From the NCBI RefSeq assembly GCF_003918875.1, contig NW_025766983.1, forward strand, positions 1,116,001 through 1,180,000: 64,000 nt of DNA. Reading direction: 5' to 3'. The stretch comes from Haliotis rubra (taxonomy: Eukaryota). Positions 10,148 through 22,500 of this stretch are shown piece by piece. Under the pieces are notes generated by a model that was not told the origin of the DNA, searched no databases, and saw only the letters and a list, made by a program, of their open reading frames with translations. Each line of letters begins with the position of its first letter. The first letter of the stretch is position 1. The position numbers and the translations under genes were made by a program.

Positions 10148-11578
10148 AGTCAATTAAATATAGCAAAATTGCACACTGGGAATGCAGACATATCCGTCTT
10201 TGGCACCAACTCGAGGAAAGTCAGTTTGAGTGTCACATGGAGACGTGTGGTGGCGCTGAAGTCAATACCTCGTGTGACCACCGTGAGCATCCAGAACTGC
10301 ACGGCATCGCCTCGGCATCGAACGAATAAGTCTCAGAATCACGTGTTGCCCAATCGCAGCCCACTCTGCCTGTGCCTGTACGAGTTGCTGAAGTGTCGTC
10401 GCACCCGTCTGTCCAGGGCATCCCACAGATGTTCGATCGGGTTTAAGTCCGGTGATCTTGAGGGCCAGGGGAGCACATTGATGTTGTGGTTCTGGAGGAA
10501 GTCTCTAGTGTGACGTGCTGTGTGGGGCCTGGCATTGTCCTGTTGAAACAACTCCCTCTGGCGATCAATGATTGGAAGGAGGTGTGGTCGTAGGATTTCG
10601 TCACAGTACCGTTGAGCTGTCAGGTTGCCCTGGATCATCACCGAATCACTTCTCCTACGGCAGGTGATCGCTCCCCACATCATAACACTGTCCCGGCCGA
10701 ATCTGTCCACCTGGGGAACGCAAGCGTCGGCGAAACGTTCACGTCGACGTCTGTACACCCGCATTCTTCCATCGCGTCGTTCCAATAGAAATCGTGATTC
10801 ATCACTGAACCAGATTCTACGCCAATTCGGTAGGTTCCAGGCCTGAACGTTGGTGCACCATTGAACTCGATGTCGACGATGTTGTTGTCGAAGCACAGGG
10901 CCAAAATAAGGTCTTCTGGCACGTAAACCAGCCTCTCTCAACCTGTTCCTGATGGTCTGTGCAGAAAGCCTCCTCAATCCGGGTATTTGTCGAGCGGTAC
11001 TGGTCGCCGTAGCTGTTCGATGACGCAGGTGATGTACCCGGATTTTGCTATAGCGATCCTGCGCCGCAGTGATCGCTCGAGGTCGCCACTACGTGGGGCA
11101 TCTGCTACCGCATTCTGCCGGCGATATCTCTCCCAGAGCCGTGAAATGGTGCTTTGGTGAACATTCATGCGTCGGGCAACTGCACGTTGAGACTGGCCAG
11201 CTTCAAGCAAACCAATGGCGATATGACGGTTGGCTTCACTTAGACGTGGCATTTTGCGTTCGTCAACAATATTCCAAATACAGTGAATAATCGACAGACA
11301 GCGATCAACCTTTTATACCCATCATTGAGACTATCTGATCCCTAACTTTCACGTGCATTGCATGTGAATTGTGTATTCTGTGACCCCTACACGCCGAAAT
11401 TGAAAATCATGCTGTTAAATACGAATATTTTATGGATGGTGCGTTTTGTTGTGATGTTTCAAAACATAAACACCATAGGACTCATAAACAGAGCAAAACA
11501 TTTTGTAAAATGAATCACGTTTTAATTCATTGCTACATGAAATTGCTATTTTCATGATGCGTTTCTTTTTGTGGAGTG
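10068..11578 (-). mobile_element. Tc1-family DNA transposon, decayed
   Basis: Imperfect TIRs (TACTCTCCCAAAAAAGAAACGCA / TGCGTTTCTTTTTGTGGAGTG) with TA on both sides; encloses the transposase. Confidence 0.9.
10262..11252 (-). pseudogene. Tc1 transposase (DD34E), frameshifted
   Basis: Paired-like HTH MPRLSE..RAVARRMNVHQSTISRL; FSDESRF, QQDNARPH and SPDLNPIEHLW with 34 residues between D and E; C-terminus ..HGGHTRY* in another frame; several frameshifts. Confidence 0.92.
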
Positions 11579-11700
11579 TAAACATATGTATTCGTCATCA
11601 GCTAGTAATGAAGTATACAGTGGCATCTATATAAAGGTAGTCTATGATGTATAAATTGTTTATTATGCTTTACTTTTTGTATTGATAAAAACATCAGGTG

Positions 11701-11868
11701 GAGTGAGTGAGTGAGTTCAGTTTTAGGCCGCTTTTAGCAATATTCCAGCAATATCACGGCAGGGGACACTAGAAATGGGCTTCACAGATTGTACCCATTC
11801 GGGGAATCGAACCCGGATCTTCGGCGTGACGAGCGAACGCTTTAACCACTAGGCTACCCCACCGCCCT
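11701..11868 (-). mobile_element. SINE family A, full length
   Basis: Reverse complement GGCGGTGGGGTAGCCTAGTGGTTAAAGCG..GGTTCGATTCCCC..(ACTC)n. Confidence 0.92.
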
Positions 11869-12063
11869 GAATAAATGAATGAATGAATGAATGAACGTGT
11901 TTATTCCCTCAGAGTCGAATCCGAATATCATACACATGCAAATACATTATTCACAATGCATCCATCACTTGCAAACAAAATGGAACAGCATTTGTAGCAA
12001 AATGAAATCATACGTTATGTTGCACTGCACTAAACAGCTCGTGAGCAATAGGGAGATTGTGTT

Positions 12064-13415
12064 TAGTAGATGTACAGTAGATGTACAGTAGATGTACAGT
12101 AGATGTATAGTAGATGTACAGTAGATGTATAGTAGATGTATAGTAGATGTACATAGTAGATGTATAGTAGATGTACATAGTAGATGTATAGATATACAGT
12201 AGATGTACAGTAGATGTATAGATAGATGTACAGTAGATGTAGTAGATGTAGATGTATGTACAGTAGATGTAGTATGATATAGTAGATGTACAGTAGATGT
12301 ACAGTGTATAGTAGATGTATAGTAGATGTATAGTAGATGTATACAGTAGATGTATAGTAGATGTAGTAGATGTATGTAGATGTATAGTAGATGTACAGTA
12401 GATGTACAGTAGTAGATGTATAGTAGATGTATAGATGTAGATATAGTAGATGTATAGTAGATGTAGATGTACAGTAGATGTACAGTAGATGTATAGTAGA
12501 TGTATAGTAGATGTATAGTAGATGTACAGTAGATGTAGAGTAGTAGATGTATAGTAGATGTATAGTAGATGCATAGTAGATGTATAGTAGATGTATAGTA
12601 GATGTATAGTAGATGTACAGTAGATGTATAGTAGATGTATAGTAGATGTATAGTAGATGTACAGTAGATGTATAGTAGATGTATAGTAGATGTATAGTAG
12701 ATGTATAGTAGATGTATAGTAGATGTATAGTAGATGTATAGTAGATGTATAGTAGATGTATAGTAGATGTACAGTAGATGTATAGTAGATGTATAGTAGA
12801 TGTACAGTAGATGTACAGTAGATGTACAGTAGATGTATAGTAGATGTATAGTAGATGTATAGTAGATGCATAGTAGATGTATAGTAGATGTACAGTAGAT
12901 GTATAGTAGATGTATAGTAGATGTATAGTAGATGTACAGTAGATGTAGTAGATGTATGTATAGTAGATGTACAGTAGAGTAGATGTACAGTAGATGTACA
13001 GTAGATGTATAGTAGATGTACAGTAGATGTATAGTAGATGTACAGTAGATGTATAGTAGATGTACAGTAGATGTACAGTAGATGTATAGTAGATGTACAG
13101 TAGATGTACAGTAGATGTACAGTAGATGTACAGTAGTACATGTATAGTAGATGTATAGTAGATGTATAGTAGATGTACAGTAGATGTACAGTAGATGTAC
13201 AGTAGATGTATAGTAGATGTACAGTAGATGTATAGTAGATGTACAGTAGATGTACAGTAGATGTATAGTAGATGTACAGTAGATGTATAGTAGATGTACA
13301 GTAGATGTACAGTAGATGTACAGTAGATGTATAGTAGATGTACAGTAGATGTATAGTAGATGTACAGTAGATGTTTAGTAGATGCATAGTAGATGTATAG
13401 TAGATGTATAGTAGA
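12064..13415. repeat. 11-bp satellite (TAGATGTAYAG)n, ~1.35 kb
   Basis: Direct reading; accounts for the spurious 520 and 468 aa ORFs. Confidence 0.97.
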
Positions 13416-14247
13416 TATTTCTTTAGATACCATACGAAGTGAGAAAATGACAGTATTATGTATTCCCATGTATCATAGTCAATTGTTTCAGTTAAGTCAT
13501 GTATATCTGCGCGAAAAACAATGACAGCATAATCGTCGTCAGTATATAAATATATATATATCAACGTCAAGTTTATCAGTCAAGCAGTAGAATACATTAT
13601 TTGTGTCAGACATAAAACATTCACAGCGCAAGATAACATGCCAATCATAGTCACAGCAATGTCGAGTACAGTGGTTACATTCTTTTGACACATTTGCTCT
13701 TGATCCGATTTGGACACAAAGTTGCAGGGGTTGTCATAAATGTGGACAGAGATGGATCAGGACGTGCATTTGTAGGCGTGTGTGAAGTTTGCAGTATGGT
13801 GAGAAGATCCAGTGTCCAAATGTTTTCCGGTGTACTTATGTAGGGGATTGTAAATGCAATCAAGATGCACCTGTCATGCACAAGAGGTCACTGTATCTGG
13901 CGATACAATGAATTCTCTTTGGCATTTGTGATTTTATGCGAACATTTAATACCTTGTGGAAATAAGTTTGCTTTATATTGCAATGTTTTTACATTTTAAC
14001 TATTCTGTGAAAGACATCGGGACAACTGCAGCATTCAGTCAAGTGAAAATAAATCACAGTTTTACTCACGACCTTCTTAAATAAAGTAAATATATATAAC
14101 ACATTGAGAGTGACTTTTAGCAACATACCCGCAATATCACGGCGTGGGACACCAGAAATGGGTTTCGTACATTGTACCTATGTGGGGAATCCAGGCCTTC
14201 AGCGAAAGGTGAACACTCGTAGGACTGTTGCCTTTGCATACTGGTGA

Positions 14248-14413
14248 GTGAGTGAGTGAGTATGGTTTTACGCTGCTTTTAGCAATATTCCAGCAACATC
14301 ACGACAGGGGACACCAGAAATGGGCTTCACACATTGTACCCATGTGGGAAATGGAACGCCGGTCTTCAGCGTGACGAGCGAACGTTTTAACCACTAGGCT
14401 ACCCCACCACCCC
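14248..14413 (-). mobile_element. SINE family A with 13-bp TSD
   Basis: TSD TGCATACTGGTGA at 14235-14247 and 14414-14426; an older truncated copy lies at ~14110-14200. Confidence 0.9.
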
Positions 14414-14682
14414 TGCATACTGGTGACTCTGACCATTGTCAATGGTCATAAAAAGTTATATCACGTGGACACACATGTGGAGGAGGTCAAGCTTGCCAAT
14501 GCTGGTGATTATCCTCTAACAAAAAATATCTTAGTAATAAGTTGATAGTAACCTTATTTCACTAATTAATAAATAATAGCTCCACACGTCGTCCCTTGAC
14601 TAGAAGAAGAAAGAGAAGAAGAATTGTAGAATGTTTCAGTATAAAAGCCACAGGCACATGTCCATTACACAACAACAATATA

Positions 14683-14844
14683 TACTCATGGAAACGAATA
14701 GGGGAAAACACGAAAGTACAAAAGTCCTTTTATTTATTTCCAGATTTTCACCAACAGTGCAATATAAACCATGACAAGAAACCCGGAAAAAGAGTATTGG
14801 AACACATGCACTTTCGTGTGTTCCTTTATTTGTTTCCATGAGTA
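14683..14844. mobile_element. Tc1/mariner-type MITE (TA TSD)
   Basis: TACTCATGGAAAC..ACACGAAAGT / ACTTTCGTGT..GTTTCCATGAGTA inverted repeats, TA flanks. Confidence 0.8.
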
Positions 14845-16542
14845 TATACATACAATGTGGTGGTGTTGGTGGTTCGAAAGCTGTGCAGATGAAGGGTATT
14901 CTGTCATTTTAATGAATTGCTAAAAAAAACCTCTTCACTTTGATATGTCATCTTAATACACACTGAAGCCCTATCGTAATGAAACGTCTTAACACTACTG
15001 TGTACTGTTCACAAACGGGTGTTTATAGGTATGTGTGTACTTTAAGAACGATGTTGGGGGGGAAGGCTGCTAGCGACCAGAAGTTTAGCATTTCAATTGA
15101 TGAAATGCATGAATAGTGCTGACAGGCTTCTGAGAAATCCGCGTAGGTCGAACATATCCATACCACACTATTCACAGTGTTAGGGTTCGAGAGTACTCAA
15201 CCACGATCAAGAGACGTGATTTACTGCCATCTATTCAAGGACCAGACGCCAAGGACACAAACACGGTTGCAAGCAGAACTACTTACTGCGTAATAGAGAG
15301 AGCCCCAATATACATATGTCAGCTCAAATGACACCTATAACAGGTGTGTTTTTGAAGATGTGCCAAGTAAGGGTATAATATATTACACCTATGCCTGGTG
15401 GTATCAGGGTTATTCCACCCCACCCTCCACACACTCTCGTCATATTACCCCCTGCCAACTGCTCCCAGGTTGATTTTAAGTATAACATGATACAATATCT
15501 ATGTAGCATAAGTTTTATTTGGTTTGCTCAACGCCGCTTTGAACTGTGTTTCAATTACATTACGGCGCATAGCCTCAATATTCAGTACCGTGAAGAGCCA
15601 GGTTATAATCGGTCAGATACAAACCATGCTTGTCGTAAGGGGAGACTAACGGGATCGGGTGGTCACACTCGCTGGCTTGCGGAGTTCGTTGTTCTTTTTG
15701 TTGATCACCGGAATGCGTGGCTGACATTCGATCATTGCCTGCGTGTAGCACTAAACTATTTGAGAGTGACTGCGTGTAACATTTTTACACACGTATATCC
15801 CCAGAGTCCAGCGTGAGAGAGTGAGTTGGGAACTACATCACCTTTAGCAATATTCCAGCAATGTCATGTAGGGAATGGAACCACTAGGGTAAATCACCAA
15901 TCACACATTCCAGAATACAAATATAATTTAGATAAATGCACCAAAAGCCTATAATGATATATGTGGTCTAAAAATATGTATACTCTGATAAATATCCTGG
16001 AACTTTTCTCGTACAGAGGTTCATTTTCAAGCCAAATCATATGAGATGACGCTGAAAATAGATGTCCTATGAAAACACAGTCGAGACAAATCGTGCGATT
16101 TATCGTGCAACATACTCTGCTCATAGAAGAGATTTCTTATAGATATTGAGAGTTTTTTGTGCTCTTTTGGCAAATTAGTTGCAAGTGTCATGGAAATGGT
16201 GGACGTTTTGGACGTTTGAGAAGTCATTCAAGACAGAATAGATATATAATACTCTGTAAATCGAGGTTGTGGCGAGCGCTGCATCATGATTTACTGGCAT
16301 AGATGAATATTAGGATTGTTTTTATGCTATGTACATGTCAAAGGCTAAATTCAACATTCTTTATGAAAGCCTGGAGCTTTCACGGGTTTAAAACGTAAAT
16401 CATCTTTTACAATTTCTTTATTCCTTTTAATACTATGGGCTCGAGAATAAATATACAACATGTCATGTATGAAATCAATCAAGTGCATAACATATAAAGA
16501 TATGAATGATATCTGCGTGGTGACAACGTCAATGGATCAATG

Positions 16543-19500
16543 TTAGGATCTGACTTTGAATATAAGTTTATAGTCTCTCGGCCTGTTTTTCTCTGCCTTG
16601 AAGTTTGGCTCCAGACTTGGTTCAACGCCATCTTCTGGGGATATGTGGAAGTTCTTCAGGAGTCCGGCCAGGATGAGATGCAGCTCTGGCTTGGCCAAGT
16701 ACTCCCCTAAGCACGCTCTGCGTCCAACAGAGAAGGGTAGAAAGTGTGTGATGGTTGTCTTCACCTTCCCCTCCTCTGTAAGGAACCGTTCTGGTTTGAA
16801 GGTTGCAGGGTCCTCCCAGTGGTCTGGGTCGTGGTGAATAGCCCAATGGTTTATCAGAACGTTGGAGTTCTTGGGAACGTCGTAGGGTCCTGTGGAAACA
16901 CCATAAGAGATTTAACAAACATGCCTGGTTACGTGGTTAATATCGAGTCCATACGTTGATAAGGATCTTTTAGAAATAAGTCAGCGTTTCAGCTAATAGT
17001 GCGTGCGTGCGTGCATGAGTTTCTGTGTGCCCATGTTACTCCGTACTAGTACCAGTGTTATACTTCAAGCCAAAGGAGACACCATGACGCAATATACAAA
17101 GTACAGATGGGAGACAAATCGGATTGATGGGGATATTATTGCCGAGACCCAAAACATTTTTTTCCATATCCACCTTTACCTGAAATGTGATACTGACATA
17201 AGTTATAACCAGTGATTATAATAATAATAATAATAAATGTGAACTTATAATGCGCCTTTTCCATGCACAAGGCCCATGCTCAAAGCGCTAACAAAGTGAG
17301 TGGATAATAATACATATATACAATAAGGGACTAGTTGCTAGTCATAATGCAGTGAAAACAGATGAGTCTTGAGAAGTCGTTTGAAGGAATAAAAGTCAAC
17401 TGCTGATTTAATGGTGATAGGGAGAGAGTTCCAGAGTAGAGGGGCAGAGCAGACAAAGGATTTCCTTCCAAAAGTTTGCAGTTTGAACCGAGGCACAGAG
17501 AGTAGGTTCAGATTCTGAGAACGGAGCTGTCTTTCTGGAGTGTACGGGGTAAGGAGTTCCTTCAGGTATTCTGGGCCTATGCCATTTAGGCATTTGTAGA
17601 CAAAACACAATATTTTAAAGTCAATTCTTGATTTAACAGGCAGCCAGTGGAGGTTTTCATGACAGGTGTTATGTGTGAGCGCTTTGAAGTTCTGCTTATG
17701 ATTCGGGAGGCTGTATTTTGGACATTTTGCAATTTTGATAGCAGCTTCTGAGAAATACCAAAAAGGAGGCTATTGCAGTAATCAATTCTTGATATAACAA
17801 GTCCCTGGACCAGACCGTGTGCTGCATCACGACTGATGAGATGGCGTATTCTGCCAATGGCTCGTAGATGAAAGAAGCATATTCTGCAGAGTTGATTTAC
17901 ATGAGTGTCCATCGCCAGGTGTGAGTCAAGTGTAACTCCAAGGTCTTTAACAGAGTCCACTGCTTGTATCTCTGCATCTGCTACCAAAACAGTTTTGGTG
18001 GTAATTTGTTTTTGCATTTGCCTGGATCCAATAACCATCACCTCAGTTTTGTCATCATTTAACTTTAGCAAGTTGTTTGTCATCCATGACTTAACATCTT
18101 TAGTGCAGTCTGTTATTTTATGGAGACCCGTGTGAAAGTCCTTGGGAGTTGAGTTTTTCTGAAGTTGAGTGTCATCTGCAAACGAATGATGGCAAATGCC
18201 ATGTTTGTCAATTACGTCTGCAACATCGGTCGTGTATGCTATGAAAAGAAGCGGACCGAGTACCGATCCCTGGGGTACACCACAGTGGACCAAGGAGGTT
18301 TGTGATTTGATGTTATCTAACAGGACAGTCTGACTTCTGCTTTCGAGATAAGATTGTAACCAGATGAGGGGTACCCCATGGATTCCAAATTGGCCCTTGA
18401 GTCTTTCCAGAAGGAGTTGGTGGTCGATTGTATCGAAGGCAGCAGAGAGGTCAAGCAAGATAAGAGTAGCTAGTTTGCCTTCATCAACAGCTGTAAGTAA
18501 GTCGTTAGAGACTCTGAGGAGAGCTGACTCGGTGCTATGATTTGATCTGTAAGCGGACTGGAATTTATCCAAAAGTGAAAAAGCAGAGAAATGATCCCTG
18601 AGTCGAATATTGACTGCTCTCTGAAGTATCTTTGATATAAACTTCAGGTTAGAGACTGGTCGAAAGTTTTTAAGCAAGTCAGAATAGGTTCAAACAGATG
18701 ATCATCGGATCTTGGCCCGACCAAGGGATGCAACTCTGCACAACCTTTAATAACCGAACCACTCGTGATCCTGGTACAGTTGAAACAGTCAACAGTTTGC
18801 TGTTTTGCATGTTCAAAATTTATACGCAAATCTATGCAGCTAACGTACCGTTTATGACATATTTCAAACTGGAAAACAACAGTAACTTAAATAACCCCCA
18901 AACCGCAGTTCCAGAACTATTTAGTACATTCCACCGGTCCTTGAGAAATCTTACTACCCTGGAGCCAATGGGCAAGCGTAAATATACCTATTTTAGCGTC
19001 CTTTATTGCCCTGTGGGGTAGTCCGAAAGGGACAACAGTGCTGAGTCTCATGCTTTCGTATATCACAGCTTGAAGGTAGCTCAGGTAGGGGCGGTCAACA
19101 ACGTTAGCCATACATCTCGACTCTGGAAACAAATACATTAGTATAAACAGATGTTGATAAGACGTCTTTCGTCTAAATACATAACCCATGACACCTTAAG
19201 ATTGATTTTTTTCCAAAATAATAATAAACATAAACTTTCAAATGCTGACTGATAATATGGTGCGTTTTCCGTCGTCCCTACGATATTGGGTAAAATCTGG
19301 ATGTATCTCAATCATTGACTGTTCAAATCGATTCAACTGCTTTCATCCGAACAAATGAAAGAGATCAGAATTATAGGCTTTGCAATATCCCACTTTGGTT
19401 TCTTCCAAACTGACATTACTACGAGTTGAACACTGAAATTGGTCAGTGGTCAATGTCTCTTACCTAGCACCTCGTCCAGTTCCTGGTGGACCTTCTCCTG

Positions 19501-22500
19501 AATGTCTTGGTGGACAGCCAGATACAGCAGCGTCCACGACAACGTCAGTCGGACAGGGTCGTTACCGGCTGGAGTACAAAGAAGAAACAAGTCTGTGAGT
19601 GTTATCACGTCTTGACGATACTTCATCTTTATGGTGGCAATTCAGGTGGAACTTCAGAAGCTGTGGTATTAGTGATCGAGTGAGTATGGTTTTATGCCGC
19701 TTTTAGCAATATTCCAGCAACATCACGGAGGGCACACCTGAAATGAGGCTTCACGCATTGTGGCCATGTGGGGAGTCGAACCAGGCCTTCGGCGTGGCGA
19801 GAGAACGCTATCCCATTGCGCTTTAGTGACCCACCAGGCTTCATGAGCACTGGCAGCAGAACCTTAAAACCTATTCTGCCCACTGGTACAAATATTGCAG
19901 TCCCTCCTCAACAGATAGTGAGATCGGTACCTGAATCAAATGTGTCAAGACCTATATTATAGAATACCCCAACAACTACATGCACAGTCCTACTTTTGTA
20001 TTACGTATTCTGCATTACTTTTGTAATGCACCCTCTCAAGTTGAGAAAAACGCCGTTAGCATCCAGAAATTGGGCACTTCGTCGACTTACCATTGAACAT
20101 ATCGAGTATGGTATGCACCACGTGATCATCTGTTAGACGCTGAGATACCTCCACTTCCTCTTCCTCATCTTCAAGTTGAGACAACAAGATGGCATCTAAC
20201 ACATCCCGTATGTTCTCTGCAGTAAAAGAGTAACACAATGGTGAATATTGTTCTGGGTATAAGGATTCCCAGTAATACTTCATTTTAATCAAATTCTCGA
20301 GCTGTGAATATGATTTCACGCCGCTTTTAGAAATATTCCAGCAATATCACGGCAGGGGACACCAGAAATGGGCTTCACACATTGTACCCGTGTGAGCAAT
20401 CGAACCCGGGCCTTCGGCGTGACGAGCGAACACTTTCACCACTAGGCTACCCCACCGTGCCGGGTACTTCACAAACAGAACCCAGTAGAGCAAGTTAAAA
20501 GCTTGCTTCCTCTCTAGAAATATATATTCAATATAGCCGATGCAAAAGTCCATCAATTAACATAACATCAGTAAGTAATTCAACCTATAGCTCCCCTCGT
20601 CACTACAGTTGCAGAACAAAGTCCCATAATTCCCATAACAGCCGTGCAGAACCTTCAAAGTAAGTTCATTTGCTGAAAAAAGGTTCACAAAGGTTTTACT
20701 TCCAGAAAATCCAGTCATCAATACTTTGCTTCATAACATACCTGCAGCACATAATGTATGTGCAGACTGTCAGAAGATGAGTAGAACCTGATGGAACTCA
20801 CCTGGGTTAAATGTTTCTTTGTGAATCTCGACTCTCTTTTCAATGTATTTCTTTAATCGCTTGACAGTCGTGAGCATGTTATTAAATCTTGGCGTCGGCA
20901 GCCACTTCAGAGGCGGGACGATATCCTCCCAGAAGAAAGATTCTGTGAGCTTGCTGTAGTCGTCCAAGAGCGCCATATACTTTCGGAAGTCATTACTTCC
21001 TACGTCATGCCTACAATCAACATGACATCATGACAACTGTTGCACACAGACCTACAATCAACATTACGTCATGAAAACTGTTGCACACGGACCTACAATC
21101 AACATGACGTAATGACAACTGTGTTGCACACGGACCTACGTTAATGAGTGAATGAGTTTAGTTTTACGCTGGTTTTAGCAATATTCACGGCGATGGACAC
21201 CAGAAATGGGCTTCACACATTGTACCCATGTTAGGAATGGAACCAGGGCCTTCAGTGTGACCAGCGAACATTTAATTACTGGGCTACCTCACCGACCCTA
21301 CAATAGCATATACACATACAGTCGGGCACCGTTGTCTCGATATTCATGCGACCAAGAAAAAATATCGAGTTATCCGAACTTCGAGACATCCGACCAGGCC
21401 ATATCATCACATATCACTATGAAAGAAAACAAAACGCTTCTCAGTATGGTTTGATTCGAAACTATAATCCCTTATCAGTCGTGTTTAGTCGTAACAGTGA
21501 GTACTTCCTAATTAATTCCTTCTTAATTAATCCTACTTACTAATTACTAATCTACTGTTTGGTAATATATCAGAGTTAGATATGCTTTCTTACATTCTGT
21601 CATTCGTATTGAGAGGAACATCAAACATCAAGTAATTGAATGCGAACAAATCGCTCAAATCACATCTGCTTGAATGAGTGTACGTTAATTAAGGCCGCAT
21701 TTAGTATAGTTCCTACTTAATGACGGTCGAGTCGGGACCCGACAAACCAGTCAGTGGAATCACAACTAACGACCCAGAAGGTGTCTGAAGATGAAGCCAA
21801 GTGCAATGCATCCTTATTAATCAAATGTAACACTCACGTCTTGTCGAAGCAGACGCCACACATGATGTTCGCGTCGATGAGGGCGAGGTAGGGCAGAGGA
21901 TCAACCGCCGTCTTCTCCGTCTTCAGCAGCTCTATCACCTTGGAGACAGACTGGTGAATCTTGTCCTCCAGGTGGAAGCCAGACAAGAACGTGTAGGACC
22001 TAAAAATAAAGACCTTAATTTTAATACCGTAACTACTATTGCTCCTCCACCTCCTACAACAACTACTGCTTCTACTTACTACTATAACTACTACTACTGC
22101 TGCTGTTGCTACTACTAATGCTGCTACTACTACTACTACTACTACTGGATCTTCATGTCGTAAGCTGACTCCCACCAAAACACTTAAGAACTTGAGGCCG
22201 ATTCTTACGGTATCAGGACATATCACGGCAGGAATAGCAAAGAATGGGTTCCTATGTGGTGTCTACCAACACGACACACTACTAAGACAACGGACCAAAT
22301 GTAAAACGTATTCCAGATTCGCAACAGCACGACTGCACCACCCGTGCCCAGATTTGTCACAAACTATCATTTCAGAATATGACTGACTGACTGACTGAGT
22401 TTAGTTTGTAGCACTATTCCAGCAACATCACGGCGGGGGACACCAGAAATGGGATTAACACATTGTGCCCATGTGGGGAATCGAACCCGGGTATTCGGCG

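Noticed and set aside
12008-13570. 520-aa and 468-aa ORFs (YIYYTSTIHLL repeats)
   Set aside because: Translations of an 11-bp satellite that lacks stops on one strand; no coding signal.
21318-21400. Mariner/pogo-like MITE end (TACAGTCGGGCACCG..)
   Set aside because: Only one terminus visible; element cannot be delimited.
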